Below, in pieces: positions 40,274-50,780 of a DNA stretch of 64,000 nucleotides; position 1 is the first letter of the stretch; each line of letters begins with the position of its first letter. Source of the DNA: Dehalococcoidia bacterium (GTDB taxonomy: Bacteria > Chloroflexota > Dehalococcoidia > UBA2979); the NCBI GenBank assembly GCA_965219085.1, contig OZ244720.1, forward strand, positions 3,040,001 to 3,104,000, written 5' to 3'. The translations under genes were made by a program, and so were the position numbers. The notes beneath the pieces are model-generated. The model did not search any database, had not been told where the DNA came from, and saw nothing but the letters and a program-made list of their open reading frames with translations.

Positions 40274-41507
40274 CGCTCGACGCCACCGATATCCCTGGCG
40301 GCTGGCGGGCCGTACGCCTCGGGGATGTGGCGACTCTTCGGAGGGAGCAAGTCAAGCCGGTGGAAGGCGATCCCCGGCCGTATATTGCCCTTGAGAACAT
40401 CGAGTCTGGCGGAGCGCTCAGCGGCTACGGGGCAGCGGGAGAGTCGATCAGCAACAAGACCGTCTTCTTCCGGGGCGACACCCTCTACGGGAAGCTTCGT
40501 CCGAACCTCCGCAAGGTCATCCGCGCTGACTTCGACGGGGTCTGCTCGACTGACATTCTCGCGGTCTACGCGCGTGAGGGGCTGGATGGCTCCTTCCTCA
40601 GTCAGTTGCTTCGCAGCGACCTCTTGCACGAGCGCGCCATGCGCGGGGTGGCCGGCACCAAGATGCCGCGCACGTCATGGAAGCATCTCGAACCGTTCAC
40701 GTACCCGCTCCCACCCCTGCCCGAACAGCGCGCCATCGCCGCCGTCCTCGACGGCATCGACGAGGCGATCGAGCGCACCGAGGAGGTCATCGCCGCCACG
40801 GAACACCTCCGCGACGCCCTGGTCCACGAGCTGCTGACCCGCGGCCTGCCCGGCCGGCACTCGGAGTGGGTGGACGTGCCCGGCCTCGGAACGGCGCCGG
40901 CGTGCTGGGACGTCGTGCGGCTGGGGGATGTGTGCGAAGTCACCTCGGGGTTCGCGATGGGACCGCGGCGCACCCCCCGAGATCACCCACGGCCATACCT
41001 CACCGTCGCGAACGTGCGCGCCGATCAAGTCACCGCAGGTGAACTCCGCTACATGGAACTCACAGACGCCGAGCACGCCTCACGCTCGCTCCGCGCGGGG
41101 GATCTTGTCGTAGTGGAGGGGCACGCGCAGGTCGCTCAACTCGGCCGCGCGGCGATCGTCCCTCCTGAAGCGGAGGGCTTCACTTTCCAAACCACTTGTT
41201 CAGGGTTCGCGTTCTCGAAGGTGGCGACCTCCGCTTCGTCGCCGCCTTCATCAACCGGCCGCGCGGACGGGCGTACTTTGCTTCCTTCGGCGGGACGACC
41301 AGCGGACTGAACACGGTGAGTGCGAGGAACGTTCGGCTCCTCCCCGTTCCGTGGCCAAGCGGCACGGAGCAGCAGGCCATTACCGCGGCCCTCACGGGCG
41401 TCGCCGACAGCGTCGAGCGGGCGCGTGAGGAGCGGGCGCGACTACAATCGTTGCAGGCGTCGGCGGCGGATGCACTGTTGACGGGGCGCGTGCGGGTTCC
41501 CCGATGA
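40270..41507 (+). CDS. hsdS: Type I R-M specificity subunit, frameshift near 41190
   Basis: W..VRLGDV twice, LYGKLRP, PLPPLPEQRAIA, EQQAI, LLTGRVRV. Confidence 0.88.
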
Positions 41508-41539
41508 GGTTCCCCGAAACACCAGGTTGACTGGACTCA

Positions 41540-42349
41540 ATGACTGACGAATCCGAGGCACGAGTCAGCGAGGACAGCGGGACCCGGCGGCTCATTGCGA
41601 GCGGGGCCGAGATCGCAGGTGGAGTCTCCACCGGCCTCGCAAGCGCGGCGACAGCCCTCATTCTAGGAGGACTCGAAGGCGCCGCCCTCGGAGGCGCGGC
41701 CAGCTCAAGTCTTTCACTCGGTCTGCGATGGCTCGGCGGAGAGCTATCGGCTCGACTCCTGAGCCCGCGAAAAGAGCAGCGCCCAGGCTACGTATACACG
41801 GTGGCGGCGGCGGAGATAGCTGAGCGCGTCAAGAACGGGGAGCCAGTTCGAGAAGATGGGTTCTTCGGTGAGTCGGGTCGAGGCAGATCCGAAGCCGAAG
41901 AAGTTTGGGAAAGCATTCTGATGAAGAGCCAACGCGAGCCAGAAGAGAGGAAACTGCCTTACATGGCACATCTACTCGCGAGCTTGGCGTTTGCAGAAGA
42001 AGTCGGTGCTCACATGGCTCACCAACTCACGAAGGCCGCCGACCAACTTACGTACCGGCAACCCTGCATCCTGAAGTTGATTGCACATCAGGAACGATAC
42101 AGTCTTCGCGAGGGTGACTACACAGAACTAGACGGCAAGGCCTCAGTGGGGCTACTCTAATTGACTCACGAATACCACGATCTCAGCAATATGAGGTATA
42201 TCTTGTCGCCAGGGCTCACGTCCGGGCTCGCCTATCTGAATCCAAGCGAGGTTACGCTGCAAGCAATGGGAGAAGTGACCGTCCGCCTCATGCGCCTGGA
42301 GGAGATCCCCGAGGAAGACATCACACCGATTGTCACGGAGCTGGCGTAA
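41540..42349 (+). pseudogene. Hypothetical protein with in-frame TAA at 42158-42160
   Basis: ORFs 41540-42160 and 42161-42349 are contiguous in one frame; lower GC than flanks. Confidence 0.5.
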
Positions 42350-42497
42350 CTGATCCAATGACCCCCGCTCGGAAGCTCAACGAACTCAACTCCGCCGAGA
42401 ACCCCGCGCGAACTCCTCGAGCGGCTCGGGTACGCGTACGTGGCGTGCGAGGCTCTGGCGGCGGAGCGCGAGGGCGCAGGATAGCTGGATGGGCCGC

Positions 42498-42788
42498 ATG
42501 ACTCGCGACGAAGTCCTTGAGACGCTGCGGGCGCACCGCGAGACGCTCGCCAAACGGTTCGGCGTGCGGAGCCTCGCGCTCTTCGGCTCGTACGCGCGCG
42601 GCACGGCCACGGAGTCGAGCGACATCGACATCCTCGTCGGGTTCGACGGGCCGGCCACATCGAAGTCGTACTTCGGCCTGCAATTCTACCTCGAGGAGTT
42701 GTTCGGCCGACCGATCGATCTCGTGACGGACAAGGCGCTGCGGCCCCGGTTCCGCCCCTACGTCGAGCGCGAGGCGGTGGATGTCTGA
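42498..42788 (+). CDS. MNT minimal nucleotidyltransferase (antitoxin)
   Basis: LFGSYARG....SDIDILV, IDLVT. Confidence 0.9.
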   Translation: MTRDEVLETLRAHRETLAKRFGVRSLALFGSYARGTATESSDIDILVGFDGPATSKSYFGLQFYLEELFGRPIDLVTDKALRPRFRPYVEREAVDV

Positions 42789-43136
42789 TCCGGACGACGC
42801 GCGCGACTGGCGGCTCTACGTCGAGGACATGATCGAGTTCGGGCAACGGGTGGCCGCATATGCGCGCGGGATGGACCAGGAGGCGTTCATCGCCGACGGA
42901 CGCACGTACGACGCCACGCTACGCAACATCGAACTGATCGGCGAGTCGGCGACGCACGTCCCGGCCCCGGTACGCCAGGCGTATCCGGGGATCGAGTGGC
43001 AGCGAATCGTGGCGACCCGGAACCGGGTGGCTCACGCCTACCTCGGTATCGACGACGACGTCATCTGGGACATCATCCAGACCGACATCCCGGAACTACT
43101 CGTCGCGCTGAGGCGCCTGTTGGAGCAGGAGCGAGC

Positions 43137-43140
<4 letters not shown>
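42781..43140 (+). CDS. HEPN / DUF86 ribonuclease toxin
   Basis: RNIELIGE, RNRVAHAY (R-x4-H), overlaps MNT gene. Confidence 0.9.
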
Positions 43141-44387
<1,247 letters not shown>

Positions 44388-44391
<4 letters not shown>

Positions 44392-44442
44392 GTGTAGTGT
44401 CCCGGGACACTACAGGTGTAACGTCTGTGGACGTTACACCTG
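44388..44442. repeat. Two abutting palindromes: TGTAGTGTCCC|GGGACACTACA (44393-44414) and CAGGTGTAACGTC-TGTG-GACGTTACACCTG (44413-44442)
   Basis: Perfect inverted repeats read directly. Confidence 0.9.
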
Positions 44443-44460
44443 ATATGGAGTGACCGGCTG

Positions 44461-44760
44461 TCAAGCAGCACCGGCGGTGGTCGTGGCGATCCGGCTCCGG
44501 AACGGGGGGAGATGGACGAACGAGGGCGCTGCTTCGACGACGTGTCACTCTGATATTCGCGGGTTGCCTGTGGCCTTGCCGCATGACCGTGCTTCGCCGG
44601 GAGGGGTCGCCGTCTAGCATCGCGGGTTGACGGCGCCGGGCGCCGCTGCCGCATAGGTGTACCGCGCATCCTCCTGAGCCTGCCCTCGCTCATCCATCCT
44701 CTCCTGCTCCGGAACGGCGTACCGCCGTCTCCGCCCTCGCCGCGGACCGGGCGCGTTGTA
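44461..44760 (-). ncRNA. Putative seekRNA/bridge RNA of the IS1111-type element
   Basis: Four segments matching target and donor junctions at 44654-44661, 44614-44618, 44585-44590, 44550-44556; exact RNA ends unknown. Confidence 0.65.
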
Positions 44761-45897
44761 TCAGGCCGCCGCCTGCTCCCGGGCGCCGGCCTTCGGCTCT
44801 CCCGCGGATGCGGGGATACGCCGCAGCACCGCCCACAGGTAGCCCGCAAGTTCGCGGGCGACGGCGGTGTTCGCCACGACCGACGGCTTGCCGTGAGCGG
44901 CCAGCCGCCGGTGGCGGCGATAGAGCCGGGTCTGCGCCCGGTCGGCCAGCACCACGGCCCAGCCCGGCTGGCCCTCCCGCCGCTTGCGCAGGGCTGCGCC
45001 GACCCGCGGCGGGTGGCGGTAGTGCCAGGCGCTCTCCACCAGGATGCGGCGCACGTGGCTGTTCCCTGTCTTCGTGATCGGCCCCCGCCGCTGGCGCGCC
45101 CCGCTGCTGTGCTCGCTCGGCGTCAGCCCGAGGTAGGACATCAGCTGCCGGGCGCTGCCGAAGCGCGTGACGTCGCCGAGTTCGGCCAGCACCGTCATCG
45201 CCGTCACCGTGTCGACCCCGCGGAAGCAGCGCAGCAGCCCCACCGCCTCGCGGTAGTCGTCGCTGGCGGCACACGCGGCCAGTTCCTGCTCCAGCGTGCG
45301 CAGCCGCTCCTCCACGCCCTCGAGCGCGCGCAGGTAGTCGTCGAAGGTGGCCTGCGCGGCCGGGTGTTCGAAGCGCAGCGTCAGCAGCCAGCGGCGGTGC
45401 CGCAGCGTCCAGTTCCGCCCGTCGTAGGCGATGCCGCGCCGCAGCAGCAGCTTCGCCAGGCGGTGGCGCGCCCGCGTGCGGTCGGTCACGGCGTCCTCGC
45501 GCGCCCGGCAGAGGTCGCGCACCGCCTCCTGGTCGATGGTCGGGGGATGCACCGCCGTGAGCAGGTCCGCGCGCAGCAGCTCGGCGAGCTTCCGTGCGTC
45601 GCGACGGTCGGTCTTGACGCGGTCGCCGGGTCGCCTGGGGATCAGCGCCGGGGCGATCACCCGGCATTCGACGCCCTCGGCCTCCAGCCGGCGCTGCAGC
45701 GCGAAGCCGCCCGGCCCGGCCTCGTAGCAGGCCACGAGCGGCCCCGGCGCCATGCGCCGCAGGCGCTGCGCGAGCCGCTTCACCGCCTTCGGCTCGTTCG
45801 CCAGCTGCCACTCCTCGGGCCGCTCGGCCCCCGGCGCCAGCACCGCCACGTGGATCGCCCGCGCGTGTGCATCCATCCCTGCGTATGTGGTAGTCAT
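44761..45897 (-). CDS. IS110 family DEDD recombinase/transposase
   Basis: GMDAH, CYEAG, KTDRRDA, SEHSSG, ITKTGN. Confidence 0.93.
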   Translation of the reverse strand: MTTTYAGMDAHARAIHVAVLAPGAERPEEWQLANEPKAVKRLAQRLRRMAPGPLVACYEAGPGGFALQRRLEAEGVECRVIAPALIPRRPGDRVKTDRRDARKLAELLRADLLTAVHPPTIDQEAVRDLCRAREDAVTDRTRARHRLAKLLLRRGIAYDGRNWTLRHRRWLLTLRFEHPAAQATFDDYLRALEGVEERLRTLEQELAACAASDDYREAVGLLRCFRGVDTVTAMTVLAELGDVTRFGSARQLMSYLGLTPSEHSSGARQRRGPITKTGNSHVRRILVESAWHYRHPPRVGAALRKRREGQPGWAVVLADRAQTRLYRRHRRLAAHGKPSVVANTAVARELAGYLWAVLRRIPASAGEPKAGAREQAAA

Positions 45898-45993
45898 CTT
45901 CCTGACCGGCTCCTTTCGCATGCGGCTCTGCATGCCTCGCGTCTGTAACCCGCGAGTTTGCGAACTCGGAGCCGGTCACTCCATACGGTCTAG

Positions 45994-47170
45994 GGATGGT
46001 CTGATCAGGTGGCGTGTCGGGCGCGGTGGGTATCGATCAGCGTGCCGAGCCGCGCTGCGGGGGGGCGATGCCGCGGTTCAGGGGGCGATCCCGCTCCCAT
46101 TCCGCTGCGGGATCGCCCGCACGAGCGATTCCGGACGCAGCGCTCCCGCGATCAGGCGAGTTGAGGCTCGGCTCGCAACAGGTTCGTGAAGCCGAGCAGC
46201 AGCATGAGACGCTGGCGGTTCTTCTCAAGACCCCGGTAGCGGACCTGCGCGTACCCGAAGTGCCGCTTCACGTAGAGAAACGGATGCTCAGCCTTGGCGC
46301 GCACCGAGGCCTTGCGCCGCTCCGCCTGCGCCTCCTCGCCCCCCGGCGCCAGCTGCCGCCTGAGACCCGGGCGCAGCGCCACCTGCCAGCTCACCTCCGA
46401 CCCCGCGTGCTCCGGGCGCTTCTCCACTCCCTGGTAGCCGGCGTCGCCCCACGCCTCCGTCTCGCCCCCGTGCAAGAGGCGATGCGCCTCGGTCACGTCG
46501 GAGACGTTCGCCGCCGTCGTGCTCACGCTGTGGACCAGCCCCGTCCGCGCATCCGTGCCGGTGTGCAGCTTCATCCCGAAGTACCACTGCCGGCCCTTGC
46601 TGGTCTGGTGCATCTCGGGGTCGCGCGCACGCTCGCGGTTCTTCGTCGATGACGGCGCGCTGATGATCGTGGAGTCCACGATCGTGCCCTCGCGCACCTG
46701 CAGACCCTGCCGTGCCAGGTGCGCGTTGATCGTCGCGAACAGCGCCGTTCCCAGCTGATGGCGCTCCAGCAGGTGGCGGAAGTTGAGGATCGTCGTCTCA
46801 TCGGGAATCGGCTCGGAGAGGCTGAGACCGGCGAACTCGAGCATCGAGCGGGAGTCGTAGAGTTCCTGCTCCATGCCGGGGTCGCTGAGGTTGAACCAGA
46901 GCTGCAGGCAGTGGATGCGCAGCATCACGCGCAGCGCGTAGGGGCGGCGTCCGCGGCCGCGCTTCGGGTAGACGGGCGCGATGCGCTGCTCCAGCTCAGC
47001 CCAGGGGACGAGCCCGTCCATGCGCTCGAGGAACGCCTGCCGCCTCGTCTTGACCTTCTTGTGCTCGTACTCGACGCTGCCGAACGAACGCTGCTGCATG
47101 GGCCGCCCCTCTCCGGGTCGCCCCATGATCGCATCTGCTCACCCGCTCAGGCGAGTTGTTCAGACCATCC
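45994..47170 (-). mobile_element. IS5 family element flanked by CTAG
   Basis: IR GGATGGTCTGA / TCAGACCATCC; CTAG at 45990-45993 and 47171-47174. Confidence 0.9.
46152..47099 (-). CDS. IS5 family transposase
   Basis: PDETTILNFRHLLE, GTIVDST, WYFGMKLH, GDAGY, KVRYRGL-like motif. Confidence 0.93.
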   Translation of the reverse strand: MQQRSFGSVEYEHKKVKTRRQAFLERMDGLVPWAELEQRIAPVYPKRGRGRRPYALRVMLRIHCLQLWFNLSDPGMEQELYDSRSMLEFAGLSLSEPIPDETTILNFRHLLERHQLGTALFATINAHLARQGLQVREGTIVDSTIISAPSSTKNRERARDPEMHQTSKGRQWYFGMKLHTGTDARTGLVHSVSTTAANVSDVTEAHRLLHGGETEAWGDAGYQGVEKRPEHAGSEVSWQVALRPGLRRQLAPGGEEAQAERRKASVRAKAEHPFLYVKRHFGYAQVRYRGLEKNRQRLMLLLGFTNLLRAEPQLA

Positions 47171-47174
47171 CTAG

Positions 47175-48351
47175 TGTCCTGAGTTGTTAACGCGATAAAC
47201 AAGTGGGTATGATGTTGGTACAGCGGGGTGTTGCCCGTGTGGGGCAGACGCTGGAGTGTCATGAGTACCCGACTTGGCCGGCCGACGGTGGCGGTTGTAC
47301 TGAGCGACGATGAGCGTGAGACGCTGGAACGGTGGGCGCGCCGACCGACATCAGCTCAGGCGTTGGCGCTGCGCTGCCGGATCGTGCTTGCTGCGGCAGA
47401 AGGGACCCCGAATACCGAGATCGCCGCGGCGCTTGGTTGCCATCCGGTGACCGCGGGCAAATGGCGCAGACGCTTTGCGCAGCGGCGGCTCGATGGACTG
47501 AGCGATGAGCCGCGCCCCGGGGCGCCGCGCACGATCACCGATGCACAGGTGGAAGCGGTGATCGTCAAGACGCTGGAGGAGCAGCCTCCCAACGCGACGC
47601 ACTGGTCGACCAGATCGATGGCAGCCGCGCTCGGGATGTCGCAGTCGGCGATCTCCAGGATCTGGCGCGCCTTCGGCCTGAAGCCGCACCTCGTGGAGAG
47701 CTTCAAGCTGTCGCCCGACCCGCAGTTCATCGACAAGGTCCGTGACGTGGCCGGGCTCTATCTCAACCCGCCCGACGCGGCGGTTGTGCTGTGCGTGGAC
47801 GAGAAGACCCAGATCCAGGCACTCGACCGCACCGCCCCGATGCTGCCGATGATGCCGAGCGTTCCGCGACGCCAGACCCACGACTACGTCCGTCACGGCA
47901 CCACCAATCTCTACGCGGCGCTTGACGCCGCCTCGGGCCACGTGATCGCGGACATGACCCCGCGACACCGTGCCCGGGAGTTCAAGCAGTTCCTCACCCT
48001 CATCGACCGCAGCGTGCCCGACGCACTCGCGGTGCATATCGTGTTGGACAACGTCGCCACGCACCGCACCCCGGAGATCCAGCGCTGGCTCCGGCGTCAT
48101 CCCCGGTTCACGTTTCATTTCACCCCGACCTACAGCTCCTGGATGAACCTCGTGGAGCGCTGGTTCGCGGAGCTCACCACCAAATGGCTCAGGCGCGGCA
48201 CTCATCACGGCGTCGCTGACCTGATCCGTGCAGTGGAGGCCTGGGTCGCCGACTGGAACGAGCACCCGCGCCCCTTCATCTGGCACAAGACCGCCGACCA
48301 AATCTTCGACAACCTCACCGGATATCTCAATCGCATTCCCAACTCAGGACA
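47175..48351 (+). mobile_element. IS630 family element flanked by CTAG
   Basis: IR TGTCCTGAGTTG / CAACTCAGGACA; CTAG at 47171-47174 and 48352-48355. Confidence 0.9.
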
Positions 48352-48355
48352 CTAG
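47261..48355 (+). CDS. IS630 family transposase (stop codon supplied by the target site)
   Basis: HTH, VDEKTQIQALDR, YVRHGT, VLDN, SSWMNLVERWF. Confidence 0.93.
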   Translation: MSTRLGRPTVAVVLSDDERETLERWARRPTSAQALALRCRIVLAAAEGTPNTEIAAALGCHPVTAGKWRRRFAQRRLDGLSDEPRPGAPRTITDAQVEAVIVKTLEEQPPNATHWSTRSMAAALGMSQSAISRIWRAFGLKPHLVESFKLSPDPQFIDKVRDVAGLYLNPPDAAVVLCVDEKTQIQALDRTAPMLPMMPSVPRRQTHDYVRHGTTNLYAALDAASGHVIADMTPRHRAREFKQFLTLIDRSVPDALAVHIVLDNVATHRTPEIQRWLRRHPRFTFHFTPTYSSWMNLVERWFAELTTKWLRRGTHHGVADLIRAVEAWVADWNEHPRPFIWHKTADQIFDNLTGYLNRIPNSGH

Positions 48356-49055
48356 CAGGGTGCTGAAAAAGGGGCGGTCGTCTGGCAGGATAGGACTGGC
48401 GGCGGGGGCGTAGCCTGGAGGCAGCCCCATGCGAGGCGACGCTGAGCGTCAGACCAACATGTTGCTGGCGGTGACGCCGGACTCCTTCATCCCCGGCGAC
48501 CACCCGATTCGCCGCATCAAGCCGATCGTCGATGCCGCGCTGCGGCGGCTCTCGCCGCTGTTCGACACGATGTACGCAACGAGCGGGCGGCCCTCGATCC
48601 CGCCCGAGCACCTGCTCAAGGCGAGCCTGTTGATCGCGCTCTACTCGATCCGCAGCGAGCGCCAGTTCTGCGAGCGGCTGCGCTACGACCTGCTGTTCAA
48701 GTGGTTCTTGGACCTCAACATCTCAGACGAGCCGTTCGACGCCTCGAGCTTCTCCAAGAACCGCGAGCGCCTGCTCGCTGCCGATGTCGCGCGCGCCTTC
48801 TTCGCAGAGGTGGTGGCCGAGGCAAAGCGCCGCCGGCTGCTCTCCGCCGACCACTTCACGGTGGACGGGACGCTGCTGGAGGCCTGGGCCTCGCTCAAGA
48901 GCTACCGCTCGCGCGACGAGCAAGAGCCGCCGCCAGGCGGCGGGCGTAACCCGGACGTGGACTTCCGCGGGCGGAGGCGCAGCCGCGATACGCATAGTTC
49001 CGGCACCGACCCGCAGGCGCGGCTGTACACGAAGACACCCCAGGACGCTAAGGGG

Positions 49056-50279
49056 TCAAGCAGCGAGGTCCTCGTGGGTGTAACGGTGTCCCCAGGCGGT
49101 CGTCTCGTCGTAGGGCAAGCGGCGCTTCAGGCAGCCATGTAGGTAGCCGACGAGACGGTTGCCGAGGGCGCGGAGCGCCTGGTGGTGGAGGTCGCCCGCG
49201 GCGCGCCGCCGATCGTAGAACTCGCGGCAGCCGGGGCTGGCCTGCAGGGAGCACAGCGCCCACTGGTCGACTGCGTCGTAGAGGCGCCGGTTGCGGACGA
49301 AGCGGGCTTTCACGGTGTGCTTGCGGCCGGATGCTACCGTCAGCGGCGACGTGCCGGCGTAGTTCCTGCGGGACTTCGCCGACTCGTAGCGTTCGGGGTC
49401 ATCCCCGAACTCGCCAAGCACCCGGGCGCCGAGGACCACGCCGAGACCGGGCAGGGAACGGTAGATACCGGCGTCCGGGTGCTGCTCAAAATGGCTCGCG
49501 AGCTCGGCCTCGAGCTCCTTGATCTGACGGTTGATCTCGCCGATCACCCTCATTGCCGCACTGGTGCTCGCGGCGAATGCCTTGCTCACCGCGGGCGGAG
49601 CCTCGAGCTGCGGTGAGCGCAGCGCGTCGCGGACCTCGGCGGCGCGCCGCTCGATGTTGCGCCGGCGGCCGCCGCGGCGCAGCGCGGAGCGGATCTGGGT
49701 GATGCTCAGCCGCGCCGCCTCGCGCGGGCCAGGCGCTGTCGCCAGCACGCCCACCGCGTCGTCGTGCGCGAGGTCGGGGAAGGCCTCCAGCGCACCCGGA
49801 AAGTACTCCCTGAGCGCGTTGCGCAGCCGGTTGGTCTGGCGGACGCGGTCCCAGATCAACTGCTGGTGGGCGCGGGCGAGGATGCGCACCGCGGCGGCTT
49901 CGTCGCTGTCGCCGGCGACCTCCCGGTGGTTGTGCCGGTCGGTGCGGACGAGGTCGGCGAGCAGCTTCGCGTCGCCGGCGTCGGACTTGGCGCCGCCGAC
50001 GTGGTGGCGGTCGCGGTAACGCGACGCCGAGCGCGGGTTGATGGCGTAGACGTGGTAGCCGGCCGCGAGCAGTGCCGCGACCCAGGGGCCGCGGTCCGTC
50101 TCGATGCCGACGATCACCTCACCCGGCCCTGAGGCGTACCCGGCGACCAGTCCGTGCAGGGCAGTGATGCCCTCCACCCCTTCGGGCAGACGCCGGGCGG
50201 CGAGCCGCTCGCCCGCGTCGTTCATGAGATGGACGTCGTGGTGGTCTTCGGACCAGTCATCGCCCAGGTACAAGGCCAT
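49056..50279 (-). CDS. IS110 family DEDD recombinase/transposase
   Basis: GDDWSEDHHD, GIE, KSDAGDA, YAGTSP.T.ASG. Confidence 0.93.
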   Translation of the reverse strand: MALYLGDDWSEDHHDVHLMNDAGERLAARRLPEGVEGITALHGLVAGYASGPGEVIVGIETDRGPWVAALLAAGYHVYAINPRSASRYRDRHHVGGAKSDAGDAKLLADLVRTDRHNHREVAGDSDEAAAVRILARAHQQLIWDRVRQTNRLRNALREYFPGALEAFPDLAHDDAVGVLATAPGPREAARLSITQIRSALRRGGRRRNIERRAAEVRDALRSPQLEAPPAVSKAFAASTSAAMRVIGEINRQIKELEAELASHFEQHPDAGIYRSLPGLGVVLGARVLGEFGDDPERYESAKSRRNYAGTSPLTVASGRKHTVKARFVRNRRLYDAVDQWALCSLQASPGCREFYDRRRAAGDLHHQALRALGNRLVGYLHGCLKRRLPYDETTAWGHRYTHEDLAA

Positions 50280-50529
50280 CGTGTTTCAGTTCCTCTCCCG
50301 CTTCGCGCTGCTCGGTGCGACCCGGCGGGTTGGTTCCTGCGACGGCCTAATGGATCAGTGCTCGATGGCACGACACCCCATGAGTGCTGCAGAACAACCC
50401 GGAATACCAGCAGGGGCTCGGTCTTCGTGAAGCGGTCCAGAAGCCGCAGGGATCAGCTGAGAGCTCACCGGCTGGCAGGGTCCAGAACCAGTCTGCCAGA
50501 GAACCTCTGGCCGCTGGTCGGGCCCCATT
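50280..50529 (-). ncRNA. Putative bridge RNA
   Basis: Guide-like matches at 50448-50456 and 50423-50429 (target), 50372-50380 and 50347-50353 (donor); exact RNA ends unknown. Confidence 0.75.
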
Positions 50530-50780
50530 AGGGGTCGGGGCAGACGGCGAAACTGAGCTACATGGGCCATCTGCTGACCGAGAACCGCCACGGCCTGGTG
50601 CTGGACGTGGAGTTGACCGAGGCGAACGGGTACGCCGAGCGCGAGGCGGCGGTCACGATGCTGGAGCGCAGCGTGAGCGGCTGCGGGACGCTGGGCGCCG
50701 ACCGCGGCTACGACACGCGCGACTTCGTGGCGGAACTGCGCGCTCGCGGCGTGACGCCGCACGTGGCGCAAAACGACCGC

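Larger units (their letters stand above)
44440..45991 (-). mobile_element. IS110 family, IS1111-type element
   Basis: Sub-terminal IR TATGGAGTGACCGGCT (44445-44460) / AGCCGGTCACTCCATA (45970-45985); CT core at both ends; ~300-nt NCR downstream of the transposase. Confidence 0.88.
49033..50531 (-). mobile_element. IS110 family element (IS110-type, NCR upstream of the recombinase)
   Basis: 2-nt core (AG on +) at 49033-49034 and 50530-50531; no terminal IR; circle junction gives TTGACC-18nt-TCTAAT. Confidence 0.9.

Noticed and set aside
42158-42160. Programmed stop read-through or recoding
   Set aside because: TAA is not a Sec/Pyl codon; nonsense mutation or error is simpler
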